Shown piece by piece: positions 51,901 through 62,869 of a stretch of DNA of 64,000 nucleotides (within the stretch, counting starts at the first letter, position 1; every line of letters starts with the position of its first letter). A program made the translations under genes and the position numbers. The DNA lies in assembly GCA_032718475.1 (NCBI GenBank), contig JAUCBJ010001932.1, positions 1 through 64,000 of the forward strand. Reading direction: 5' to 3'. This DNA comes from Nemertoderma westbladi (Eukaryota; Animalia; Xenacoelomorpha). The notes under the pieces were generated by a model. It ran no database searches. It was not told the DNA's origin and saw only the letters and a program-made list of their open reading frames with translations.

Positions 51901-54389
51901 AACCAGAATCGACCATGGATAATCCCACAACAGCCAAAGGGCAGGACATGGCGATTAAGAGAACGGAATCCCAGCAGAAGGCATTGGGAATCGTGTGGGA
52001 TAGAGAGACAGACGAACTGAAGTATCAGCTGAGCCAGGAGGGCGCAGACATCCACACGAAGAGGGGTTATGTATCGTATATAGCAAGGATATACGATCCC
52101 CTAGGCCTAGCATCCCCATTATTAGTCACGGGGAAACAGATACTCAAGAGAGTATACAAATTGAAAGATGAGTGGGACGTAGAGGTACCAGAGGAAATCA
52201 AGAAACAGTGGAGCAAGTTGACAGGAGACTTGGGGAAGATGGGAACATACAACATGCCACGGGTGTATTTCCCGGATGGGAACATGACGAATCTGGACCT
52301 ACACATGTTCTCCGACGCGTCATTGGAAGCGTACGGAGCGGCACTCTACTTAGTACAACGAGAGGGGGCTCATAAGCCAAGACTAGCCTTTAGCAAAGCA
52401 AAGTCAACGCCGCCAGATTCAGCATCAGTTCCTAAGTTAGAATTGACAGCTGCGAGACTAGGAGTAAGAGCCACAGCCTACCTAGTGGATACTATTCCCA
52501 ACATAGTGGAGACACACTACTGGACGGATTCCATGGTAGTGCTTGGTTGGCTACACAACGAAAGGACGATATACCCGACATTCGTCGCGAATAGAGTGGA
52601 CGAAATAAGGGCGAGTACAGAACTGGAAAGGTGGCACTACTGCCCAACAGACGACAACCCAGCGGACTTGTTGTCGAGGGGCGTGGTACGCCACACTTTC
52701 TTGAAGAAGGAAGTATAGTGGCAGCATGGGCCACGATTTCTGAGCGATAAGGAGGCCTGGCCGCCGATGAGAAAGGTGGACCCGGGCTCAGAAGTAGTGT
52801 CAGAGGGAGAAGAGGGAGATTCAGAGGGAGAAGAGATATACTCCCAGATGGTGAGGGAGATTAGGGACGTGCAACCAGGACGGGAACTGTGCGATAACCC
52901 GACGGATAAACTCCTCAGCTACAGTTCTAGTTGGTATAAGACCAAGAAACTAGTGGCATACTGGAGAGCCTTCGGGAACTTCCTTGGGGGAGTTGGCAAG
53001 GACAAGAAGATCAGGACAACCATAGATCTGGAAGGAGCGGCCAAGGCAGTGATCCGCTATGAACAACGGAGGAACTATGGCGACGAGGTGGAACGCGTCG
53101 GTAACCAACAGCACCTCCGACGGGACAGCGAGCTGATTACGCTGTCGCCATAACTCAATGACGACGGGATTCTAGTAATGAATTCTAGGGTGGGATACAA
53201 CAACAGCATAGTCGTACCACCGAAACCCATCATCATTCCTACAGGATCGCCAATAGTCCACCAGATCATATGGGACTCCCACAAATTGATATTGCACGGG
53301 GGCACCAACCGAACCCTCACAGAGATAAGGAGGACCTATTGGGTCAAACAACTGAGGAAGAAGGTAAAAGCGGTAGTGGGGCAGTGCCAGACCTGCCGAC
53401 GAGCGAAGAAGGAGCGAGCCGTACAGGAGATGGCGCCACTACCGGCGAGTAGGGTAAGACAGCACGACCCGCCATTTACGCATTGCGGTGTGGACATGTT
53501 CGGGCCGATAAAGATCAAAGTGATGCGACACACGGAGAAACGCTATGGCATTATCTTCGTATGCAACAATACGCGGGCGGTAGGGATAGAACTCACCCAA
53601 GATGCAACTGCATCAGCATTCATTAACGCCTTAGAAAGGTTTAGGGACCGCAAAGGTGGGACGATCGCAGTGATATACAGCGACAACGGCACCAACTTTG
53701 TGGGCGCAGAGAGTGAGATGGCAGAGGCCTTGGACATCTTGGAGGGGGAAGAAGTCAGGGCAGCCATGAGACGACGACAAGTAAAGTGGGAGAGAAGGAC
53801 GCCGTATGCACCACATACACTAGGATGCGTCGAGAGACTGGTGGGCAGTTCAAAGCGTCTAATGACGAAGCTGATGAACACCCTCATGGTCACTGAGGAC
53901 GTCTTACGGACAGTACTTGCGAAGTGCGAGGGGATCATTAATAGCAGACCGCTATATCCGGAGAATGATGACCCTGAGTCATTAGATGTGCTGACGCCTA
54001 GCCATTTCCTGATGGAAAGGCCAGCGACCATCGATATGCGGGGTGTAGACCCAGATGACATACACTCCCGCCAAAGTTGGAAAGTCGCAAAGGCAATAAG
54101 CGCAGAGTATTGGAGGAGGTGGGTCGAGGAATACCTACCCACACTCCATAAACGAAGCAAGTGGAGGAAGTCAAACAGGGAGTTAAGAGAGGGAGATCTC
54201 GTAATCGTTACGGATGATACTATCATCAACAACCAATGGCGGTTGGCGAGAGTTGTAGGCACCTACTCCGACGAGGACGGAAGAGTCCGATCGGTAGAAG
54301 TGCGGATAGGTGGAAAGATAGGTGCGAAGGACAGAAAAACCTACAGGAGAGCTGTAGGCAAATGCTGTCTATTAGAAGGGGCACCTTAG
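45934..54389 (+). pseudogene. BEL/Pao gag-pol polyprotein with disablements
   Basis: Gag knuckle CSRCVMSGHRAREC, PR LVDSGA, RT FYVDD, RH FSDAS/PKLELTAA/WTDS, IN HGG..CQTC, DMFGP, SDNGTNF. Frameshifts near 47800 and in the poly-G at ~48150; in-frame stops at 52716 and 53151. Confidence 0.92.
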
Positions 54390-54534
54390 AAGAGTTAGAG
54401 AAAAGTTTAGTCGTCCAAGTTTTGGACTGAGGGGGGTGGGATTGAGGGCGAGACGCCCTTCCCACAAACAAAATAGAAAATAAAATAAAATAAATAATAG
54501 TACATGCTAGGTACGCAGTTAGTAGGCAGAAGTT

Positions 54535-55165
54535 AGTTAAGAGGTACATAGTACCTGGTCAGTTAGTTAGTTAGAAGGTACGTAGTACCTAGTTAGTTAG
54601 AAGGTACGTAGTACCTAGTTAGTTAGTTAGTTAGAAGGTACGTAGTACCTAGTTAGTTAGTTAGTTAGAAGGTACGTAGTACCTAGTTAGTTAGTTAGTT
54701 AGTTAGAAGGTATGTAGTACCTAGTTAGTTAGAGAGTTAGAAGGTACGTAGTACTTAGTTAGTTAGAGAGTTAGAAGGTACGTAGTACCTAGTTAGTTAG
54801 TTAGTTAGAAGGTACGTAGTACCTAGTTAGTTAGAGAGTTAGAGGGTACGTAGTACCGATAGTTAGTTAGAGAGTTAGAAGGTACGTAGTACCTAGTTAG
54901 TTAGTTAGTTAGAAGGTACGTAGTACCTAGTTAGTTAGAGAGTTAGAGGGTACGTAGTACCGATAGTTAGTTAGAGAGTTAGAGGGTACGTAAGTACCGC
55001 TAGTTAGTTAGAGAGTTAGAGGGTACGTAGTACCGATAGTTAGTTAGAGAGTTAGAGGGTACGTAGTACCGATAGTTAGTTAGAGAGTTAGAGGGTACGT
55101 AAGTACCATTAGTTAGAAGAGTTAGAGTTAGAGGGTACGTAGTACCGTTAGTTAGAAGAGAGAGA
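54535..55165 (+). repeat. Array of about 18 small GGTAC-GTA-GTACC hairpins separated by (AGTT)n spacers
   Basis: AGGTACGTAGTACCT and GGGTACGTAGTACCG units between pol and the extra ORF. Confidence 0.9.
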
Positions 55166-55583
55166 GTAAGAGGTAAAAGGGGATATAGATATAGATATTA
55201 GTTAGCAGTTAGTAGAGAGAGGGGGGCATATGAGTACAGCTGGGTAAGTCGTGTGGCCACACGACGCATACTGCTGCACTGCATAGACCCACAGAGTAGG
55301 CCAGAATGTGGATTAGAGAATAGAATAATCCATAGGCAGTAGTAAGTAGTAGGACAGTAGAATCAAATTAAATAGATAAATAAATAGAATAGGGCTGAAA
55401 GTTGTAAAATAGTGGCAACACAAGGGAAGTTATTCTAGAACATAATAAGAAATTGTAAATTACGCTCATTTACTAGCTTCAAAATTAATTAGGAATAATT
55501 TAGGTTAAAAGGCGCAGTTAAGTACCTAAGGGACCTACGGGACGCCGTCGCTGGACAACGCGATCTTCCAACACTTCCACTAC

Positions 55584-57851
55584 GTGGTGAAAGGGGACGA
55601 GGCGAAGTTCGGGATTCCGAAGTACCCGAGGGAATCACCGAGGAAGGACTGGAAGAGATTCATAGAGTCCGTCAACAGAGGAGGATATATGATCCTAGAT
55701 GATGAGGGAACCGTGGAAGACGAGGCGGGTTCGAGACGAGGAACTGCGGGGTCGGCCAGGACCATACTCCTACATTTGGCCGCGCCAAATGGGGACATCT
55801 TCTTATTCGACCTAGGGATGTATGGGAAGAAGGACGGGCCGAAATTAGACCGGTTACCGAAAGCGGTACAAGTCTTAGTAAGAGAGAAGTCGACGACGAA
55901 AGTGGGATCGGCGATTCGCGAGGACACGGAGAGGATCATCGGTCCAGACGCCACCAACCTCCTGGATATGCAGAAAGTCTTTATGGCTATGACGGCACCG
56001 GATGGGTTGGGGGTAGTCGAAAACACAGGCCAATGCGGGGCGGTGGCAATGGGCCAATTATTGGGGCTCGTATGCCACAAACCGATGGACTGGGGGAAGT
56101 TTAGGGAAGAATACGGAGCAGAACTAGCGAACTCGCTAAAGTGGGGAGCGAGTCCGGGAAAGCAGGAGGTATATCAGTTCCGCAGGGGAGCGATAAAGGT
56201 ATATCAGAAGCGATATATCCTGCAGGAGGACTGGATGATGATAAGTTTGCTTAACTTATTCATGACCGTGGTTATCGAGAGGGAACCAGGGGCATTTTTG
56301 TTATCGGGATCACCCCTAAGCTACAGGAGAGCCTTTGTGTACTATAACAGCCGACATCTGGTAGACGGGGAGACAGATACACCGTATCAGAGATGGGAGC
56401 AGCTAGAGACGGATAGACGAGAAGCAAAGCGACTGGAAGAAGTTGCTAGACGGGAGAGGATAGAAGCAGAGGAGAGGGAAGAGGAGGACAGGACACAGAG
56501 TTACGGCTTCGAGGAACAGGCAGGCCTAGACGAACTTCATTGGACTTCATCATGGAGTTCGGGGGAGTCTCTAGGGCGAGAATTGGGATGGACGGTGGGA
56601 TCGCCGAAACAGTCGACGTCGGGGTTGCAAACGATGCCCATACCAGCGGGCGCCGAGGGCGACCAACCGCCAAGGAAGTTAAGGGAGCTGGAGGGATGGA
56701 GAGCTACGGGCGAGAGCCAAGGCGGGAAGGGACATAGTGGATCCATCGGGATACCGGGGTTGGAGACACTGCCAGAAGAAGAGGAGGACGACGACGACGA
56801 GTTCGGAGAGATGCCGCCCATCGAGAGGATAGGCCACTCGGACACGGACTGGGTTGGCGGAAGGGTGGTGACGGCCAGTGGGGCGAAGGCCTTCTGGAAC
56901 AGATCCGGCAAGCAGACCTGGGTGCACGAGGACCCGGCGATGTATTTCGCGGGGAGCACCATCAGGTTGGGCGAACAACCGGGGACGGCACCACGGGTAG
57001 TATTCGGGGAGACGATGCCCGAGAGGGGCGGAGAGATCGACGTAGATAGAGAGACCAACGTAGAGAAGTTCGCCTACCAGCGACTCCACAGACCGCGGAG
57101 ATCGCTCGGGACGAAAGACGAGGTGGGACGGGAGACATTGGTACTCGGCTGCGACTACTGTGGGAGACAGACCCATCGGGAAAGCAGCTGCCTATACCGG
57201 TTCCAAAAGGGAACCTTTTGTCTCTACTGCAGAGAACCAAGCCACAGGATGGGGGCGTGTCCACGGTTGCACAACCGATGTCCAAAGTGCCACTTTCGGG
57301 GACACTATGGACGCGAGTGCGACTGGATGAACGACGAGGAGAAGTTCACAAGATTCGAGGAGTGGGCCGACGTCGGGGCCATGACGCGCCAGCGCATGAA
57401 GGCCCAGGAGTTCAAGTGGGCTTTCTTCCTTATCAATCAGGAGACTCACATGGAAATCATAAAGCGGAGGCTACTGTTTACCTACCAAGAGGTAGCAACG
57501 GCGGCGTCGTACGCTGGAGTGATGAACACGCAAAGGTATTTGGACAGGTGGACGCCAGAGAACCGAAGGGAGTTTAGGGGTTTCTTGGCGGAGCACGTAC
57601 CAAAGGCAATGAAAATGATCCTATGGGACGCCACCAGAGGGAGACAACCGGGCCACTCTGAGGGGCCACCGGCGAAGCGATATCGGGCACTAATAACACC
57701 AGCGCCCAAGGAGCCAACGACCGGGATCAGCAGGGAGGTGGCGGCGAAGGTCCGAAAGCAGAAAGCGGATGATGCCAGAGGAATGGTGATAACCAAGAAA
57801 CGACCCAGGGAAGAGGACGCCAGGGGGAACTATCCCCAGAGGAACAGATAG
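55584..57851 (+). CDS. Extra ORF: DEDDy/DnaQ-like 3'-5' exonuclease domain plus three CCHC zinc knuckles
   Basis: ILDDEG, LLHLA..IFLFDL, LPKAVQVLV..KVGSAIRED, LDMQ, LLG..HK, QKRYILQED; three CX2CX4HX4C motifs. Frame open from 55530, first ATG at 55689. Confidence 0.7.
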   Translation: MVKGDEAKFGIPKYPRESPRKDWKRFIESVNRGGYMILDDEGTVEDEAGSRRGTAGSARTILLHLAAPNGDIFLFDLGMYGKKDGPKLDRLPKAVQVLVREKSTTKVGSAIREDTERIIGPDATNLLDMQKVFMAMTAPDGLGVVENTGQCGAVAMGQLLGLVCHKPMDWGKFREEYGAELANSLKWGASPGKQEVYQFRRGAIKVYQKRYILQEDWMMISLLNLFMTVVIEREPGAFLLSGSPLSYRRAFVYYNSRHLVDGETDTPYQRWEQLETDRREAKRLEEVARRERIEAEEREEEDRTQSYGFEEQAGLDELHWTSSWSSGESLGRELGWTVGSPKQSTSGLQTMPIPAGAEGDQPPRKLRELEGWRATGESQGGKGHSGSIGIPGLETLPEEEEDDDDEFGEMPPIERIGHSDTDWVGGRVVTASGAKAFWNRSGKQTWVHEDPAMYFAGSTIRLGEQPGTAPRVVFGETMPERGGEIDVDRETNVEKFAYQRLHRPRRSLGTKDEVGRETLVLGCDYCGRQTHRESSCLYRFQKGTFCLYCREPSHRMGACPRLHNRCPKCHFRGHYGRECDWMNDEEKFTRFEEWADVGAMTRQRMKAQEFKWAFFLINQETHMEIIKRRLLFTYQEVATAASYAGVMNTQRYLDRWTPENRREFRGFLAEHVPKAMKMILWDATRGRQPGHSEGPPAKRYRALITPAPKEPTTGISREVAAKVRKQKADDARGMVITKKRPREEDARGNYPQRNR

Positions 57852-58567
57852 GTTCCCAGAGTCGAGGGAGAGAGACTGGGACTTGGACCTGGTGCGCCTG
57901 GAAGGCGCCGCGTGGGACGTACGAACTATTAAGTACAAGTTTAATTAATGCAAATAATCATATAAGTGCAATTTGTATGTACGTATGTAGTAATTAGTAA
58001 TCTACGAATATATACGCTGGGAGTAAGTACTATAGTCATACAACCTTTCTCAATTAGCTACTGGGACTGTGGGACAACTGACTATGGCACTATGGACGAG
58101 ACACCAGACAATTTCACACTTCTTGAGTGCGACGGCACAAAAGGGGGGGGGGGGGGAGATTCGTCAGAAGGGATGAGGTAGTCAGAGTAGGGTTGAGGGA
58201 CGGAGTAGTAGGTGCGGAGTGCGGAGAGAGTGCGGACGCAATTCTAGTGTGGGGGGGGGAGAATAAGAGGCTGAGTGAGGGACGAGGAGGTCCGAGTGTA
58301 TGGGAGAGTTAGGATGAGAGTGAAGAAGAGATAGGGCGGAAGTGTTGGGGAAACAAAAGTTGCGTGAGAGGTGAACGCAACCGGCCCGACATGAGACGCC
58401 AGGCACACAGGGTAGCGTTATCATACCCATAGGGGGCGGCCTGGAAAGCCGGCTCCGAGAGAAAAGAATTCCACCCCACACCCGATACTAGATCGGGATC
58501 CAGCGGGATTGTAGCGCACTTTTTGGTTGATGCTATCTTCTTACCGGGAAGATAGCATGGGGGGGAG

Positions 58568-59102
58568 TGTTAGCTTATTCAATCCCGCTAACACCCCATA
58601 AAGTTATAAGCCGATAAGCAATATTGGGAGCCACGAGATTGGGTAATTAACCAACTCGTGGCATCCCAATAAGAATGGGAAGGAGAAGCACACAATGAGG
58701 GTCAGGGGCCAAACCCCTAACCCAGAGAGAATAGGTGGAGTGAACGGGAACACTCCAAAGGGCGCCAACAAGGGTATCAACCAATCAGAGGGGGGAAAGG
58801 CATCGATTAGGTAGAGTAACAAGGCCAACCGTGCAATATAGCCACTTGGCAGTAATAATACCAATTCAGTTATCTCAGTGCAATACCGGTGCTAGATTAG
58901 GTTACAATAGTTTTAGATAGGGAAGGACCGGGGCTTTAGTTACCGTATCCCGCCTTCCATATACGAAAATATTATATCTATATCTATATCTGCATATCAT
59001 ATTATATACGACAAACAGTACAAGCTCATTTACTCTTTATACACGGCGGGGACGCGTGAACTAAAACCGGATAAACCGGGATTCCTCTTGGATCCCGTCA
59101 CA
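58568..59102 (+). repeat. 3' LTR (535 bp)
   Basis: Direct repeat of 45326-45866, immediately after the PPT. Confidence 0.95.
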
Positions 59103-59109
59103 GTTTGTT

Positions 59110-59330
59110 TGTTTGTTTAATGAGCACAGCAACACCTCCTCGGTCTCCTACTTTACGGTCAGACAAACGCAGAAGGCGGAAACCTGGTACAGTTAAATTA
59201 TACCCGTGCTTTACGTCAGGAATAAATTCAATATCATATAAAGAAAACAAGTTTATCAACATTACTGAGTAGGTAGTTCTTTTGTAATCCACAGACATTC
59301 CAAGATAGGACACTAATTTCTCAATTTCAC
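59110..59330 (-). mobile_element. Short LINE APE endonuclease fragment
   Basis: YDI...VPGFRLL...DRGGVAVLIK resembles an APE N-terminus. Confidence 0.5.
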
Positions 59331-59900
59331 AATTCGACTCTTCCGACCACCTCTTGGGCCGTGTATAAAAGCGACTATTCGACCCAGTGAACTGAGAGAA
59401 AGCCGCAAGTGGTCGGCTGTTCGGCTTAGATATATCATCATAGGTCTACAATAGACTATATGGAGGGTGGGTAAAAGTCGCAAAACTTTATTTGTAGACT
59501 ATAGGTGATCCGACTTTGCCGACCAATTCGACTCTTCCGACCACCCTTGTGCCTGTATATGATATATCTAAACTGACCAGCTGAACACTTGCTACTTACT
59601 CGCAGTTCACTGGGTCGAAGAGGCGTCTATTGTAGACCTATGATGATATATGTAATCCGAGCTGCCGACCACTTGCGACTTACCCTAAGTTTACTGGGTC
59701 GAATAGAGTTGCCTTATAGACGGCCCAAGAGGTGGTCGGAAGAGTCGATTTGGTCAGCAAAGTCGGCTCCACCTATAGTTTCTATATAAAGTTTTGCAAC
59801 TTTTAGCGATCCTCATACAGTAGGGTCTATTGTAGGCCTATGATGGATGATATATGTAAGCCGAACTGCCGACCACTTGCGACTTACCCTCAATTCACAC
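59331..59900. mobile_element. Foldback/MITE-like element made of ~200-bp subunits in both orientations
   Basis: TCGACTCTTCCGACCAC (near 59335 and 59528) versus GTGGTCGGAAGAGTCGA (near 59732); TGCCGACCACTTGCGACTTACCCT repeated. Confidence 0.6.
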
Positions 59901-59932
59901 TATAGAATTGTTAAAGATAATATGTTATAGAA

Positions 59933-60180
59933 AGAATTCTGATCTGGTCATCAACCGGGCAGACAAAGGCAACGCGGTCGTGGTTCAAAACAAATCGAAT
60001 CATCTTGAGAAGATGAACGAGATCCTGAAGGACAAATCTAAACTCCTGCCACTAAAGGAGACACAGGAGGTACAATGTAATACATAATAGAGTAATACAT
60101 AAGTAATACAGATTAGCACCCACAGGTACTCAACTAGCTCGACTATTTGGACTTCCAAAAATCCATAAATACGGTACTCC
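59933..60180 (+). mobile_element. Penelope-like RT fragment, second copy
   Basis: Matches 27116-27863 without the internal insertion; ADKGN and LFGLPKIHK motifs. Confidence 0.75.
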
Positions 60181-60404
60181 TTAACGTTTCCGAATATATC
60201 GTGACTCTTGAGGTTTTTAGCACAGACCAGCACTACTTTTCTGTCCACATCACCCATGCCAAATGGAAACAGTATTGGCCGTGGTATAATGAATGTCGGT
60301 CTGAATGATGTCTGTGCGTTGGTTTGTCTGTAAGTCAGTCTGTGTCTGTCGGTTGGTCTGTCTGTGTACATCAAGACATAATAAATCACAGATGGCAAAT
60401 ATGT

Positions 60405-60995
60405 TTGATATTGTTGTGTTCCTGAGTGGTGATTTCACCAACTGTAGCTAAAACATTCCATATTGGGGTTGTCATTGTTGTGTTCCTGAGTGGTGATTTC
60501 ACCTACTGTAGATAAAACATTCCATATTGGGGTTGTCATTGTTGTGTTCCTGAGTGGTGATTTCACCTACTGTAGCTAAAACATTCCATATTGGGGTTTG
60601 ATATTGTTGTGTTCCTGAGTGGTGATTTCATCTACTGTAGCTAAAACATTCCATATTGGGGTTTGATATTGTTGTGTTCCTGAGTGGTGATTTCACCTAC
60701 TGTAGCTAAAACATTCCATATTGGGGTTGTCATTGTTGTGTTCCTGATGAGTGGTGATTTCACCTACTGTAGCTAAAACATTCCATATTGGGGTTGTCAT
60801 TGTTGTGTTCCTGAGTGGTGATTTCACCTACTGTAGCTAAAACATTCCATATTGGGGTTGTCATTGTTGTGTTCCTGATATGAGTGGTGATTTCACCAAC
60901 TGTAGCTAAAACATTCCATATTGGGGTTGTCATTGTTGTGTTCCTGAGTGGTGATTTCACCTACTGTAGCTGAAACATTCCATATTGGGGTTTTC
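60405..60995. repeat. 64/65-bp tandem repeat, about 9 copies
   Basis: Same unit as 16400-17050. Confidence 0.95.
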
Positions 60996-61399
60996 ATTGG
61001 CTGTGATTCTTTTAATAATACTGTTTTATTGAGGAAGGCAATAAAACGCTCGTCGACTCTCATAGCTTCAGTAAATCACATCGTCACATGACATAAAGAT
61101 AAATGGCGTGACTTAACTGTATGAATAATACAACTGTATTAGTATGCCTTCTCCGATATAACTCCATACGATTGGTAGTACAGTACAATAGAGTTGGTGA
61201 AAGTCACAGATTGCAGCCTCGGATAGTAATTTACGACTATTGAAAAACTCAGACTCCTTCGAAGCGATATGATTACATTACCTACTACATTACCTATGCA
61301 GTTGGTTAGTTAAACACGCTCCACGTGTCTTACATAATATTCGCACATATGTTACATGCGTAGACCTACTGTATATACTGTACAGTAGGCCTACATACA

Positions 61400-62869
61400 T
61401 CTATCCCATCATAGTAGACATGTACCGAACAACAAGAGTCCCACAAGAAATGAAAACAAATAAGTTGGTGCCAGTTCCCAAGAAGGGCAACCTAACACTC
61501 TATGGTTCTTTTCGGGGAATCTCATTGATCTCGATTGCTGCAAAGCTATACAATAGGATTCTATTAAATCGCATCAGGGATCCCATTGAGAGACTGCTCC
61601 GTGGAAATCAGAATGGGTTCCGTAAAGGTCGTGGGACCATGGAGCCCATTTTGGCACTTAGAAGGATAATTGAAGAATTATCAAAAAAGAAAGACAGGCA
61701 TCTGGCTGTTATCTTTGTTGACTTCTTCAAGGCCTTTGATTCAGTCTCTCGCTCACGTATGTTCAGCATACTTTCATTATATGGGATTCCTAATGAAATT
61801 ATTGCAGCAATCAGATCAGTATACGATGGTTCGACAACATTTGTGTCTACTGTTGACGGTGACACAGAACCATTTGAAGTGTTATGGGGCGTCCTCCAAG
61901 GAGACACACTTGCACCATTCTTGTTTATTATTGTGGTTGACTATGTTCTACGCATGTCCTTAGATCATCATAATGATGATGGGGTGATGATAACTCCACC
62001 TACTGGCTCCAGAAGTCGAGGAAATCCTGCCAAGTACCTAACTGATCTAGACTTTGCTGATGACTTAGGAGTACTCTCAGAATCATTAGACGGAGCCCAA
62101 CGGCTCCTCAGCTCATTAGAACATGCTGCTTCTAGTGTTGGTCTTTTTATTAACTCCAGAAAGACCAAAATTCTGACCGTTAACTTTGAAAGTCATCAGC
62201 AAGTCTCTGATCGGATGAGCATAAGCTCAAAGGATGGTATGCTTGAGCATGTGGACGACTTCTGTTACCTGGGATCATGGATCCGGAAGTCAGGTGAGAA
62301 CCTTCGAATACGTAAGGGAAAGGCATGGGCAGCCTTGAATAGGCTTTCCAGGATTTGGAAGTCACCGAGAATTAATCGGAAACTTAAGGTCCGATTATTT
62401 AGAGCAGCAGTAGTTCCAGTACTCCTCTACGGGAGTCCATGCTGGGCTCTAACTGCTGAGGACACCAAATCTCTGGATGGCACATTCACAAGAATGCTAC
62501 GCCGGGTTCATTGTGTCAAGTACAATGCACACATCTCCAACCAGACACTATATAACATTGGAGGTGTCTCATTGGTTCCCCCAAGCTTGACACTAGAACA
62601 AAATCGCCTCCGCTTTGCAGGACATTGCTTTCGCCGTGAGGACCAGCCAGTGCATAATCTTGTACTTTGGCAGCCTCATGGAGTGAATAAGCATGGTGGA
62701 CAGCCCATGACTTTCTTGAGACGCATCTTAAAGGACACTGGCCTTAAAGATGCGGATGATCTAGCAATTGTCATGGGTGATAGGGAGTTGTGGCGGTGCA
62801 ATTTTGTTGACAAGCCGGCACAGCATTCTTAAAAATGCAGCTGCAATGCAGCATGCCGATCCTAGTAGT
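61400..62869 (+). mobile_element. Young 5'-truncated RTE LINE (different family from the other RTE copies)
   Basis: 16-bp TSD AGTAGGCCTACATACA at 61384-61399 and 62870-62885; (TAG)n tail; empty site visible at 17426-17441. Confidence 0.92.
61420..62832 (+). CDS. RT domain of the truncated RTE (open frame, no endonuclease)
   Basis: FRGISL, QNGFR, DFFKAFDSV, LQGDTLAP, FADD, YLGS, RLRFAGHC. Confidence 0.85.
   Translation: MYRTTRVPQEMKTNKLVPVPKKGNLTLYGSFRGISLISIAAKLYNRILLNRIRDPIERLLRGNQNGFRKGRGTMEPILALRRIIEELSKKKDRHLAVIFVDFFKAFDSVSRSRMFSILSLYGIPNEIIAAIRSVYDGSTTFVSTVDGDTEPFEVLWGVLQGDTLAPFLFIIVVDYVLRMSLDHHNDDGVMITPPTGSRSRGNPAKYLTDLDFADDLGVLSESLDGAQRLLSSLEHAASSVGLFINSRKTKILTVNFESHQQVSDRMSISSKDGMLEHVDDFCYLGSWIRKSGENLRIRKGKAWAALNRLSRIWKSPRINRKLKVRLFRAAVVPVLLYGSPCWALTAEDTKSLDGTFTRMLRRVHCVKYNAHISNQTLYNIGGVSLVPPSLTLEQNRLRFAGHCFRREDQPVHNLVLWQPHGVNKHGGQPMTFLRRILKDTGLKDADDLAIVMGDRELWRCNFVDKPAQHS

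Larger units (their letters stand above)
45326..59102 (+). mobile_element. Full-length, recent BEL/Pao LTR retrotransposon (13.8 kb) with an extra 3' ORF
   Basis: TGT...ACA LTRs, TSD GTTTG (45321-45325 and 59103-59107), gag-PR-RT-RH-IN order, G-rich PPT at 58559-58567. Confidence 0.95.

Noticed and set aside
52716-52718. Programmed readthrough at the pol TAG
   Set aside because: It falls in the conserved WW.GP motif, so a TGG to TAG mutation is simpler, and a second stop follows at 53151.
55584-57851. env gene, suggested by position
   Set aside because: No signal peptide, TM helix or fusion-protein pattern; motifs indicate exonuclease and knuckles.
45794-57938. Many antisense and alternate-frame ORFs over the BEL element (likewise 36-40 kb)
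   Set aside because: Shadows of purine-rich, low-complexity coding sequence with no recognisable motifs.
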